The notes under the pieces were generated by a model. The model saw only the letters and a program-made list of their open reading frames with translations, did no database searches and had not been told where the DNA came from. From Candidatus Marinacidobacterales bacterium (GTDB taxonomy: Bacteria > Acidobacteriota > Vicinamibacteria > Marinacidobacterales > DATDRI01), in assembly GCA_965219415.1 (NCBI GenBank), contig OZ244742.1, positions 768,001 to 832,000 of the forward strand: a DNA stretch of 64,000 bases, in the 5' to 3' direction. The position numbers and the translations under genes are program-made. Shown piece after piece: positions 9,672-19,422 of this stretch (positions are counted from its first letter, which is position 1; each line of letters opens with the position of its first letter).

Positions 9672-11056
9672 GGGTCTACGCGGATTCGTGTGGGTTGAAA
9701 ACTGCATTTCTGGGTAATGGCGGAAGGAAAGCCGCCACGATCTTCAGCTTGAGATATTCCTCGTCGCGATAGCCGTAGGCGCGTCGTTGCAGAACACGGA
9801 TTTTGTTGTTGACCCCTTCAACTAGGCCGAGACTGACTTTGTTCTCCGGATGACAGTAGGAGGCGATACCATCCCAATGGGACTCAATCATACCGGCGAA
9901 CTTCTGGTACGGATGCAGGCGTTGCCATTTGAGGCTGTCTTTCCAACGGGTGAAAAAGGCGCGAGCGCCGCGTTCGGTGCGGTAATCCCAGAGTTGCCCG
10001 AAGGCCTCCTTCAAAATATAGGCGGTGTTCAGGCGCCGGTTGGCCTGGAGCAACTTTTTGAGTGCGCGGCGACCGTCTAGGCTCAGGTTCTCCCGCCGGG
10101 AAAGCAAAGTGTAACGCTGCCCCTTGATGTACGACCGGTCCTTGCCGCTGAGGCGTTTGTACTCACCGCGCCGGACCTCATCGAGGGCCTTTGACAGATG
10201 ACGCATGATATGAAACTTGTCGAAGATGATCCGCGCATTAGGCGCGTTGTGAATCACCGAGTTCCGGAAGGGCTTCCACATATCCATGGCGGCCAGCTTG
10301 ATACGGGCGCTTTTCTTTCCGCCCAGCGCCTTGAAGAACAAATCGATGTCGGTTTCTTTGCGACCCTCACCGCCCACCCAGATGGGACGCGCCCGCTCCA
10401 GGTCGCTGACAATGACGACGATAGTTATGTCCCTTGCGGATGGAGATCTCATCGACACCGATGGCCCGAGGCGCCGGTAGCCCCGCCCGGTCGACCTGCT
10501 CTTGCATGTAGAGCGTATCCAGAGCCTTCACCGTACCGTGGTGCAGACGTTCCATCTCGGCCACCGCCTTGTTCGGCATATCCCGGCACAGCTTGCCCAC
10601 ATGCGTCGCAAAACGCTGGGTGTAGCGCGAGTTGTTCGCCAGCCAGTCTAGGTGTTCTACATGCACACCGCCGCACCCAGAACAGTTGACGCGCCAACGC
10701 TCGTATTCCAGATAGATCCGCCAGCCTGCCAACGACAGGTCGCGGACCCGGCACACTTGCTTGTCATAGCGCCCCCGGCACCGTTGCCCACAGTAAGAGC
10801 ACACAGCTGTTTTTTTCGCCTCTTGAGCTGGATGACGCGGGTGTATCGGTCACCGAATAGACCCTTCAACCCGGCACCAACCACGAAACCTGGCAGCGCA
10901 AACAGCGAGCGGATCGACTGGGAATTTTTCACTCGGTTAGCCTATCCTAAAAATGGACCACTTTTCAGCACCTGATGAAGTACTCGATACCTTTTCCACA
11001 CAATGAGTTACACTGTTTTTCCGTCAGAACTTACCCACACGAATCCGCGTAAACCC
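9672..11056 (-). mobile_element. ISL3-family insertion sequence (1385 bp)
   Basis: 24-bp IRs gggtctacgcggattcgtgtgggt / gggtttacgcggattcgtgtgggt; 8-bp TSD aatataat (9664-9671, 11057-11064). Confidence 0.95.
9676..10932 (-). pseudogene. ISL3 transposase in three frames
   Basis: CSYCG/CSGCG zinc finger, IGVDEISIRKG, MDMWKP, FDKFH, EGVNNKIRVLQRRAYG; at least two frameshifts. Confidence 0.88.
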
Positions 11057-11332
11057 AATATAATATTCCACCGGATGGGCCGTCCCCGTGAAGTGAACCG
11101 AACCGTCCGCGTTGACGATAACCGGAGCGTTTCCCCCGAGAGCATCAGCGATGGAGCCGGTTTTCTGATGACGAGCGGAATCCCAGAAAAAGCACCACCC
11201 CCATGACCGCGCGAGTGTGTGCCCATCGAGAATAACCGGTTCGTCGTCGGGCGGATGGTACTCTTCCCGAATTGCTTCGAGCGCATGGCTCCTGGCTTCG
11301 TCCTTTGTTAGAGGCATATTGTCTCCAAAGCC

Positions 11333-11427
11333 CGCTAACAGCGCAGTTCAGCGGCGAGCGGTGCCAACCTGCCCTTCATTTGTCAATCATGCCGGCGCCG
11401 ATCGTCCGCTGCAACGGCGTGTTGGAC
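11333..11427 (-). repeat. attC-like integron recombination site
   Basis: Minus strand GTCCAAC-ACGCCG-TTGCAGCGGACGA...TCGCCGCTGAA-CTGCGCT-GTTAGCG, immediately followed by the RBS and ATG of the yrhB-like gene. Confidence 0.7.
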
Positions 11428-11429
11428 GG

Positions 11430-11702
11430 CCACCTAGAGTCCGGCTCCCTGCTATTCAGCGCGCTGGTCGCAGCATTGGAACGAGCGGCGGCGACGTGAT
11501 CGTCGGGCTCGATGGCTGGCGCGTCCGGTCGATGGAGCAATACGACGCGATCCGAGCGTTTCGCCGACGGGTTCACGACATGAAGCTGCGTATTTGGCGA
11601 CAAACCCGGTACTTGGATCTCGATGCGGAGCTCTTCAACCGGCATTTGCACGTCCGCGCACGCACCTACGGCACACCCGGTCCCAGCGTGTACTTTCGGT
11701 GA
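11430..11702 (+). pseudogene. PDZ-like C-terminal fragment
   Basis: GDVIVGLDGWRVRS resembles a PDZ motif; no credible start. Confidence 0.4.
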
Positions 11703-11721
11703 CCTCCTCCCCGAGCCGCTC

Positions 11722-12129
11722 CTAACCGGCACCACAGCCAAACGTGCTCCAGAGCCAGTACATCAGATACGCCAACACCCCCAACCGGATGACGAAGCTC
11801 GCCGTCGAATACTTCAGCTTGACGGCTTCGGTACGAAACTCGAAGGCGAGGTGGCGTTCCACACGAGCCCATGGATTGAAACCAAACTGGTACGTCCGGT
11901 CACCGGTCGCCAGACGCAACACGGACACCGGGATGAGACCCTGCCGGGACTTGAAAAGCACTGCTTCTTTGATGCTCGCGTTCGTGATGACCCAGTCACC
12001 GCACTCGACTCGGTCGGTGAACACTTTGAACCAACCGCGACGCGAGGCGATCCAGTGCAACCCGTAGGCCGGCTCCCCCTCGCCCTGAAATGTCCCTTTC
12101 GTGAATGCTCGGTAGAGCGGTTTGTCCAT
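11722..12129 (-). CDS. Hypothetical protein with C-terminal TM helix
   Basis: 135-aa ORF with GGGGA RBS, beta-rich N-terminus, hydrophobic C-terminus. Confidence 0.7.
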   Translation of the reverse strand: MDKPLYRAFTKGTFQGEGEPAYGLHWIASRRGWFKVFTDRVECGDWVITNASIKEAVLFKSRQGLIPVSVLRLATGDRTYQFGFNPWARVERHLAFEFRTEAVKLKYSTASFVIRLGVLAYLMYWLWSTFGCGAG

Positions 12130-12187
12130 ATCCGGTTCCCCGCAATCTATCGTCGGACCTAGATCGTGTTAGTTGATCTCCGGTGCA

Positions 12188-13327
12188 TCATAGGCATGAG
12201 AGCTCTTCCGCGAGATCGAAGGGTCTTAGAAAGGGCGCGATGCGTTCGCCAAGAAGTAACCGGCGCGCGACATGCCCGACTTGGCCGGCGGCGAGCCGCG
12301 GCTCACTTGCGAGCTGAGGGTAGCCACATAGTGTGTTCCCGATGCGCTTCACGGATCGGCGTGAGCGTTCCGAAATCTGTTCCCACCCGCCCAGCCACTC
12401 CGCCAAGGCCCGCATGAATTCTCGAGGGCTGGCGAAACTCTCTCGGGACGGCGGCGGCCCCTCGATCCGACCGTGGAACAGAAGCAGGTCCGGTGCGTGC
12501 GCGAACGGCTCGATGCTGAGGAGTCCTCGCTCGTCGGCCGCATACACGAGGTTCAGCCTGCGCTCGCGAGCGAGTACCCGAAGGTGGTACTTCATTTCCA
12601 GGTTGTCACACTCTTCGACCAGCAGATCCAAACCATCGAGGAACCGCGCAGCGTTATCCACCGAGATCCCCTGCTCGTACACGACGACGTCGAGATAGGG
12701 ATCGATCTTGGCGATTCGCCGAGCCGCCAGGTGCGCTTTGTTCACACCCAGCTCATCGACACCTCCGTTGAGGCGGTTGAGATTCGAGAGATCGAGAGGA
12801 TCGAAGTCAGCCAGAACGATGCTACCGCACAGGTGTTCCTGCGCGACGGTGACGGCGATCTCCGCACCGACCGAAAGCCCCACTACCCCGATACGTTTGG
12901 TTCTCAGTAGCCTTTGCTCTTCGCCGGTGATCTTGTCCTGGTTGCGGCTGGTAACCACGTCAAAGTAGTCGTCGCGCCCAAGAACGTGCACGATGCACGA
13001 GTCCCAGGGGAAATAGACCCACGTGCCGTAGTGCGCCGACTCGCCGTGCGCTGCGAGCAGGTTTCTTACGAAGCGTTCGCGCTCCACCTCGGCTTCTGCG
13101 GCGGGCCACCTGACAAGCGCAAGTTCGGCCAGCTGCCGATCGATCGAATCGATCAACTGAATCCCGTGAGCAAGACAAAGGGACTCGAGCTTAAGGAGCT
13201 CGGCGGGAGCGAGCCGGATCATCCAAGGCCGCCATCCGGGTTGCCTGGCGCCGCCGTCGAGTTGGAGCGCGAATCGTTCGAGAGTCAGGGAAACCTGTAA
13301 TCCGTCTCCTTGTTTGGAGGTTGTCAC
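12188..13327 (-). CDS. ThiF-family adenylyltransferase (Rv1355c/MoeY-like N-terminal module)
   Basis: WVYFPW, SRNQDKIT.EEQ..L, GVVGLSVG, LADFDPLDLSNLNR, VEECD, YPQLAS; GTG overlaps the upstream stop. Confidence 0.85.
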   Translation of the reverse strand: MTTSKQGDGLQVSLTLERFALQLDGGARQPGWRPWMIRLAPAELLKLESLCLAHGIQLIDSIDRQLAELALVRWPAAEAEVERERFVRNLLAAHGESAHYGTWVYFPWDSCIVHVLGRDDYFDVVTSRNQDKITGEEQRLLRTKRIGVVGLSVGAEIAVTVAQEHLCGSIVLADFDPLDLSNLNRLNGGVDELGVNKAHLAARRIAKIDPYLDVVVYEQGISVDNAARFLDGLDLLVEECDNLEMKYHLRVLARERRLNLVYAADERGLLSIEPFAHAPDLLLFHGRIEGPPPSRESFASPREFMRALAEWLGGWEQISERSRRSVKRIGNTLCGYPQLASEPRLAAGQVGHVARRLLLGERIAPFLRPFDLAEELSCL

Positions 13328-14259
13328 AGCTCGAGCTCCCAAAACTGCCCGACCAGGTCGTGGCCGAAGCTCTCATGGGATTCCTCTCTGACCAACCGAT
13401 AGCCCTCGAGCTCGTATATTCGGCGGGCGGCATGGAGCACATCGTTCGTCCAAAGCATTATCTTCGAGTACCCGGCCTGTTTGGCGAAGCGCGTGCATTC
13501 ACGAACGAGCCGCTTCCCTATCCCGAGGCCACGCGCCGTCGGCTCCACGATCAGCAGGCGAAGCTGTGCCACCGACTTGGATTTTCGAACCAAGAAGACC
13601 GATCCAACGTTTTCGCCGTCTTTCTCGGCAATCCAGCATCGCTCCCTCTTCGGGTCGAAATCCTTAATGAACTTAGCAACGATCTCGGCCACCAGAGCTT
13701 CGAACCCCTGGTCCCATTGGTACTCGAGGTTGTAGAGAATTCCGTGGCGCTGCACGACCCACCCCATGTCGCCCGGCTGATGGGGGCGGAGAATGTAGGG
13801 GACCTTGTGCTCGGGTTCGGCGCCAAGAAGCCTGTGGATGGTGATCATGGCCTGAACCAACCCATGTTGATTTGGCTCGGACATCGCGCCGAGCATCTGT
13901 TCGACCTCGTTTCGGGAGGCGGCGTTCAGTTTCGCGAACTCCTTCTGGCCACGCGGCGTCAACGAGAGCAACGTAACGCGCCCATCGTCGGCGGATGGGT
14001 TCTTCGCGACGATGCGTTCCTCTCCCAAATTTCGAAGCAAACGGCTGACGTAGCCGAGGTCGAGGCCGAGCTCATCGGCAAGCTGTGTTGCCGAAGTCTG
14101 TTCGTGAAGGGCTAGTTCGTAGATCAAGCGGGCCGAGGTGAGAGGGAAACGGCTTTCGAGTAGCCCCTCATGGAGGACACCAATGCGGCGCGTGTAGAAC
14201 CGCCCGAAGCGGCGAACGGCTTCTATTCGTTGAAGCATGCCGTCTGTTGTGGTCGCCAT
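13324..14259 (-). CDS. Bifunctional MarR-HTH / GNAT acetyltransferase
   Basis: MarR N-terminus (LDLGYVSRLL, DGRVTLLSLT) plus GNAT (GDMGWV, LRLLIVEP.ARGLGIG, LWTND.L.AARRIY). Confidence 0.93.
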   Translation of the reverse strand: MATTTDGMLQRIEAVRRFGRFYTRRIGVLHEGLLESRFPLTSARLIYELALHEQTSATQLADELGLDLGYVSRLLRNLGEERIVAKNPSADDGRVTLLSLTPRGQKEFAKLNAASRNEVEQMLGAMSEPNQHGLVQAMITIHRLLGAEPEHKVPYILRPHQPGDMGWVVQRHGILYNLEYQWDQGFEALVAEIVAKFIKDFDPKRERCWIAEKDGENVGSVFLVRKSKSVAQLRLLIVEPTARGLGIGKRLVRECTRFAKQAGYSKIMLWTNDVLHAARRIYELEGYRLVREESHESFGHDLVGQFWELEL

Positions 14260-14358
14260 CCTGGGCCTTCGTCGAGATACTTGCCAATATTCAATATATG
14301 CTTGCTTTTGTCAAGCACCTTAGGCCACCGCAACGGCAGGGCCGCAACGGCTTCATCA

Positions 14359-14987
14359 TCACGGGTTTTCCAAAATGAACCGTACGGTAACCGTCATAAT
14401 GATGGGAACTGGCATGCCGTTCAGCAGTGTCGGCTCATAGCGCCACTGCTTGACCGCGTTCAACGCGGCGTCGTCGAGCAAGGGAACGGATCGCAGCACT
14501 CCCAACTCGCTAACGAAGCCGCTGGGGTCGATGACGGCTTCCAGGATGACGATGCCTTCGAGGCGGACTCTCTTGGCTAGCTCGGGATAGATCGGTTCGA
14601 CGTATTTGATTCTCCTCGGCGGTTTGACGTCGCCGCCCGGCTTCACCGGCTGGGCGGGCTCTTGTCTTGCCGGTGGTAGGCCAAACACGATCTCATCGCC
14701 AAGACCGAAGGGAATGCCACCCTCGACGCCCAGTCCGATTTGTTCGCTTCCGATCGCGGTGCCGACTCCCGAGATGCCGGAGGCGGTGCCGGCTTTACGG
14801 AGAGTATGAACCTGGGCGGAGGCCGATGAGGCTCGGGAAGCGCGGGCGTACCGAGCAAGGGCAGAACAATGAGCAACGCGCCGGCAACGGTTTGAAGTAA
14901 GCCTGCGGTCAACAGGCTGGCGAGGGACGCTCCGCGGGAGCGATTGCGGCGAGGGGGCTCCGCTGACAGACAAAATGGCACGGCCAT
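14359..14987 (-). CDS. TonB C-terminal domain energy transducer (frameshifted)
   Basis: PIYPELAKRVRLEGIVILEAVID..AVKQWRYEP; N-terminal TM segment lies in a different frame (ORF 14643..14987). Confidence 0.8.
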
Positions 14988-15321
14988 GGACTCTCCTGTA
15001 CCTCTCCGAAGGAGTTACGGTTTCGGGCGAGTGTTGGCTCGCCCGAAATCAAGAGGCCGCGGCCAGTTTGGCGGTGAACGGATCCTTCAACTCCGCTCTA
15101 TTCAATGGACACCGCAGGAGCGCAGAAGTTCCCGGGATAGAAAACGGCAGGTCCTCGGGCAGGCTGCTCAGCTAAATTGGCCTAGGAACTCTTCGGCCTA
15201 ACGCTTGAAAACCATCTGAAGGGCTCTTCGCCGAAACGACCGTCGGTATTTCGTACAGTCGTGCGTTCTGGCCCAACTTGTTTCCGAATGTGTCGCTTGT
15301 GCGGCGACCGGGCTTTGGTGG

Positions 15322-15416
15322 CGTCGGGATCTCTTACACCAGGGTTCCGAGGCTCTCTTGTGAAGTCATTCGAAATCCATCAGTTAGAGAAGCGCTCTCA
15401 GTGGCACGCGGCTTGC
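15322..15416 (+). promoter_or_regulatory. Sigma54 promoter plus putative enhancer (PEP-CTERM-type upstream motif)
   Basis: TGGCAC-GCGGC-TTGC at 15402-15416; cgtcgggatctcttaca at 15322-15338 (revcomp TGTAAGAGATCCCGACG). Confidence 0.75.
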
Positions 15417-15454
15417 GTTAGAATCGAAGAGGTTTGCGCACGAAAGGTCTCCTT

Positions 15455-16216
15455 ATGCAGCTAGTCAGGAACTGGAAAAGCGCCACTAGAACGGGACTCA
15501 TCATTGCTCTCGTTATCTTCGCTCCCGCGATGTCGCCGGGCGCCGTGCTTTATGACGCATCCCTAGACACAGCTCCATCCTCACAAGGCTGGGCGCTCGG
15601 ATTCTTTCCTTCGCCCCCGAGCGAATCCGTGGCGGGCGGCGTTCTGAGCTTCGAAAGCACTTTGCTTGGCTCTGCCGGCTACGTGAAGCTCCCTGCCGCC
15701 GTGCTGGACGCGGATGCCGGCTATCGACTCGCTTTCGAGCTCCGCGTCACCTCGGAGTTGCAGAACGCTTCCGCGAATCGCGCGCCGTTCAGCCTTACCG
15801 CGGTTTCCGCCAACACGGATCAAGCGATCGAGCTGGGATTCAAAACCGGTGAGATCTTCTCCCAGGATGATGTTCCGAATCTGTTCGAGCGCGGCGAAAT
15901 GGCCGTTTTCGACACGATGTTCGATTTCGTCTTTTACGAGCTCTTAGTTCAGGGCACAGCATACGAGCTGCTCGCGAACGGCTCGTCGCTTCTCTCGGGA
16001 ACGCTACGCAACTACACCGCCTTCATGGGCATCCTCGATCCGTACGAAACCCCGAACTTCCTGTTCTTCGGCGACAACACCAGCTCCTCGGGAGGCTCGT
16101 GGGAGCTCAAGACGGTCGATCTGACGGGATTGCCGTCGTCCGTAGTGTCCGAGCCCAGCTCGCTCTCACTCGTTTTGCTTGCGGGACTCGTCGCCGTAAT
16201 CCGACGGCGGATCTAA
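15455..16216 (+). CDS. PEP-CTERM-like (VSEP variant) exosortase substrate, choice-of-anchor-Y-like
   Basis: Signal peptide; LRNYTAF...PYETPNFLFFGDNT; C-terminal VSEPSSLSLVLLAGLVAVIRRRI. Confidence 0.85.
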   Translation: MQLVRNWKSATRTGLIIALVIFAPAMSPGAVLYDASLDTAPSSQGWALGFFPSPPSESVAGGVLSFESTLLGSAGYVKLPAAVLDADAGYRLAFELRVTSELQNASANRAPFSLTAVSANTDQAIELGFKTGEIFSQDDVPNLFERGEMAVFDTMFDFVFYELLVQGTAYELLANGSSLLSGTLRNYTAFMGILDPYETPNFLFFGDNTSSSGGSWELKTVDLTGLPSSVVSEPSSLSLVLLAGLVAVIRRRI

Positions 16217-16370
16217 ACCTCGGGCGCTGTCATGAACAGCGGGGACATCCGGGGTGCTGGGACACCGACAGGGACGCTCGCTTGCGATTTTCATGAACGC
16301 AGCCCCGAGGCGCGGCTTCAAATAAACGCAGAGAGCACCCCGCGTCTGAGGCGGGTTCGAGCGGCCGCTT

Positions 16371-18260
16371 TCAGGCCGAGCCGTCGAGGAACTCTTCGGC
16401 CCAGCGCTCGAAAACCATGAGGGGAAATAATTGATGAGCGTGGTTGGCTTTGCCCGCCAGGTGCTCCGAGATACGGCGCTCGATGGCCGGCCATCGGAAG
16501 AGACCTCGGCGACGAACCCTTTCTTCGGAAAGTAGCTCCTGCATCAGAGGGCGGAGCTCTCGTCGCAGCCAGTTCTTCACCGGGATGCTGAAGCCCTCCT
16601 TGCGGCGGCGAAGAATGGATTCGGGCAAGATACTCGTCATGGCCTCCTTGAGAATGTGTTTTCGGGTATTGCCACGAAGCTTCATGCTGCCAGGCATCCG
16701 AAAGGCCAGCTCGATAACCTCCCGATCCAAGAAGGGCGCTCGTGCCTCGAGCGAGGTGGCCATGCTCATGCGATCTACTTTCACAAGTATGTCGTCGGCC
16801 AGAAAGATTTTGAAGTCGGCGTAGAGCTGCCGATTGAGCAAGTCCTCGCGAGGTGACCCGAGGTTGCGAAGAACGGGAGCCGCCGGGTCGAATGAGGCCA
16901 AGCCGCTTAGAAATTCATCGTTATACAATTCGCGCTTCTCATCGGCACCGAGGTGCGTCATCCAGCGATAGTGCTCGAGGCTCGAGGGCAATGTCGCGCC
17001 GGCAAGAAAACGTTTAGCCTTGTTGATGAGGCCCTTCTTCTTCTCGGTCGGGGGGAGAAGCTCGCTCACCGCCGCCAAGGCTCGAAGAGCAGACTGGCCA
17101 GGGAACCGCGCCAGCGTCCGGGCGATACGATCGGCTTGATACCAATCATAACCGGCGAAGAGCTCATCGCCGCCGTCTCCGGAAAGCACGACTTTTACTT
17201 CTTGGGCAGCCACTTCGCTGACCAAGAACGTCGGAAAGAGCGATACGTCGGCGAAGGGCTCGTCGAGATGCACCACGAGCTTATCGAAGAGATCCTCCAC
17301 TCGCGGTTCGATCCGCTCTTCACGATGCTCGGTCTTGAAGAGTTTCGCAATCTCCCGCGAATATCTCGTCTCGTCGTAACTCCCTTCGGCGAAACCTATC
17401 GAGAACGTCTTGACCGGCCGCTCGGAAACCTTTGCCATGAACGCCACGACGGCGCTGCTATCGATTCCGCCGGACAAGAACGCACCGAGCGGCACGTCGC
17501 TCATCATTTGGGATTCAACTGCCCGCCCGAACGTTGTCCGGAGCTCTTCCACCCATTCGGCCTCGGTCTGGTCATTCCTCGTCGCGGTAGGCGCATCCCA
17601 GTACGGTTCGGTGGAGACCCTTCCCCGCTCAACCGTCAGTAGGTGGGCGGGGGGAAGCTTTTTGATTCCACGGAAAATCGTGTGAGGAGCGACGATGAAT
17701 TCGTAGGTAAGAAACGTATCCAACCCCTCGAGATCCAACTGCCGCGGAATGTCGGTCCGGGTGAGGATCGCCTTGATCTCGGACGCAAAAACGATGTCAT
17801 CGATACCTTCGAAATAATAGAGTGGTTTTTCGCCAGCGCGATCTCGTGCGGCCAAGAGTCGTTGCCGGGGGCCGTCCCAAAGGGCGAAGGCGAACTGGCC
17901 GTTGAGGCGGTTAACGACTTTGTCACCCCACACCTCGTAACCGTGAACGATCACCTCCATGTCGGAGCCGGTGGCGAAGCGATGACCTAGGGCGATGAGC
18001 TCTTCGCGAAGCGAACGGTGGTTATAAATCTCGCCGTTGCCGACGAAGGCAACCGACCCGTCCTCGTTGTTGAGGGGCTGACGTCCGCCTGCGACGTCGA
18101 TGATGGACAGTCGCTTCAGCCCGAGGCCCGCACCGGGGAGCGTCACAACGCCTACGTCGTCCGGTCCGCGGTGGTGAAGCCGCTCGACCATGCGGTCGAT
18201 CTCCTGGCGATCGGGAAGTTTGGCCGGGTCGCGTGGGATGACCCCGGCGATGCCGCACAT
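16371..18260 (-). CDS. asnB: Asparagine synthase-like class II glutamine amidotransferase
   Basis: MCGIAG, HRGPD, NGEIYN, LSGGIDSS, SGDGGDELFAGY, KVDRMSMA.SLEAR.PFLD. Confidence 0.93.
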   Translation of the reverse strand: MCGIAGVIPRDPAKLPDRQEIDRMVERLHHRGPDDVGVVTLPGAGLGLKRLSIIDVAGGRQPLNNEDGSVAFVGNGEIYNHRSLREELIALGHRFATGSDMEVIVHGYEVWGDKVVNRLNGQFAFALWDGPRQRLLAARDRAGEKPLYYFEGIDDIVFASEIKAILTRTDIPRQLDLEGLDTFLTYEFIVAPHTIFRGIKKLPPAHLLTVERGRVSTEPYWDAPTATRNDQTEAEWVEELRTTFGRAVESQMMSDVPLGAFLSGGIDSSAVVAFMAKVSERPVKTFSIGFAEGSYDETRYSREIAKLFKTEHREERIEPRVEDLFDKLVVHLDEPFADVSLFPTFLVSEVAAQEVKVVLSGDGGDELFAGYDWYQADRIARTLARFPGQSALRALAAVSELLPPTEKKKGLINKAKRFLAGATLPSSLEHYRWMTHLGADEKRELYNDEFLSGLASFDPAAPVLRNLGSPREDLLNRQLYADFKIFLADDILVKVDRMSMATSLEARAPFLDREVIELAFRMPGSMKLRGNTRKHILKEAMTSILPESILRRRKEGFSIPVKNWLRRELRPLMQELLSEERVRRRGLFRWPAIERRISEHLAGKANHAHQLFPLMVFERWAEEFLDGSA

Positions 18261-18264
18261 TTAG

Positions 18265-19419
18265 CTACGGAGAAGCGGTGGCGCGCTTGGCGATACGGGA
18301 GGCGATCTTCTCTCCCCCCAACTCGACCAGGAATTTGAGGTAGGGGAAGACTTGCTTCATCGCCGCCGCGTTCACGAAACACGGGCTAGCGCAAGACGGG
18401 CAGATCTTGTCGATGACCATTCGCCTCTGAGCAAGGTTTTTGGCATCGTAGTAGGACTCGGTCGGATCCTCGGTGCGCACGTTACCGATCTTTGAGCTGT
18501 TCTCACAATAGTGAAGGTCCCCGTTCGGATTAAGAAGAACGCCCTGATCCATGGACGGGCAGGGCATCGCGCGGCGCATGCCGTTGCTGAACATCTTGGA
18601 GTAGGCCTGGTAGAGCAGCGCGTCTCCATCGAGCGGCCCCGACTCTCGAACCCGGTCCCGGAAGAACTCGGTCAGCCGCGGGAAGTCCCCCGGCTTGAGC
18701 TCGGTGGACTCCACGAGATCCATGTTGCCGAAGGCCAGCTCCGAGTAGCGAGCGATCGAGAAAACAACGTCCAAGTCTTCCGTCTTACAAAAGTCGTAGA
18801 TCTTTTCTCCTTCATCCATGTTCTGTGAAGTGAACGTGAAGGAGATGCCGAAATTGAAAAACTTCTTCTTCTGGAGCTCTTGCATCGCCCGGACCGTTTT
18901 CATCGAGCGATCGAACGCGTTCCAAACCCGGCGAATGTTCTCGTGGGAATCGCCCACACCATCGAGGCTAACCCGGGTGCCGAACAAGAAGTCGCGTTCG
19001 TTGGCGACGTCGATGATTCCCTCGAGAACGGGGACGACTCTCTCGGTGACGAAGCCATTGGTATTGAGGGTCATCTTCCGGAGCCGCGGCATGTTGTCGC
19101 TCATGATGCGAACCAAATCCACCATGTCTCGGCGAAGTGTCGGTTCGCCCCCGGTGATCCCTACGTACTCGATGGAACGAAAGAGATCGCTGGAGAATGC
19201 CTTGCGGTAGTCATCGGTGGTCAGGTCGTCGTGATACGGCAGCTTCCAAGAGTTACACATCACACACTTGGAGTCGCACTTGTAGGAAACGTTTAGGATC
19301 AAGACCACCGGAGGGATCGGCTTGAGACGTCCCACCACTTGCGTCTTCACGAAGTCCAAGGGCACCGAGGGTGCACTTCGCCTCAGAAGCTTGCCTACGT
19401 AGTCGTTTGTTCCAAACAT
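18265..19419 (-). CDS. Radical SAM / SPASM-twitch domain protein
   Basis: CDSKCVMC triad, ITGGEP, TNG, SLDG..H..IR; C-terminal cysteines CPS, YCE, CPSCASPC. Confidence 0.9.
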   Translation of the reverse strand: MFGTNDYVGKLLRRSAPSVPLDFVKTQVVGRLKPIPPVVLILNVSYKCDSKCVMCNSWKLPYHDDLTTDDYRKAFSSDLFRSIEYVGITGGEPTLRRDMVDLVRIMSDNMPRLRKMTLNTNGFVTERVVPVLEGIIDVANERDFLFGTRVSLDGVGDSHENIRRVWNAFDRSMKTVRAMQELQKKKFFNFGISFTFTSQNMDEGEKIYDFCKTEDLDVVFSIARYSELAFGNMDLVESTELKPGDFPRLTEFFRDRVRESGPLDGDALLYQAYSKMFSNGMRRAMPCPSMDQGVLLNPNGDLHYCENSSKIGNVRTEDPTESYYDAKNLAQRRMVIDKICPSCASPCFVNAAAMKQVFPYLKFLVELGGEKIASRIAKRATASP

Positions 19420-19422
19420 TGA

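Larger units (their letters stand above)
9634..11317 (-). pseudogene. YrhB/Imm35-like immunity protein interrupted by ISL3
   Basis: WGWCFFWDS..LGGNAPVIVN.DGSVH.TGTA..VEYYI|DEYERSLRE* rejoins in frame after IS and one TSD are removed. Confidence 0.8.

Noticed and set aside
16218-16310. Imperfect inverted repeat (cctcggg..catgaa / ttcatg..cccgagg) as a MITE
   Set aside because: Single copy and no clear target duplication; may just be a hairpin between convergent genes
16371-19419. AsnB plus radical SAM as a lasso peptide or other RiPP cluster
   Set aside because: AsnB keeps an intact Cys-initiated glutaminase domain; no B protein, RRE or precursor seen; neighbours are sugar enzymes
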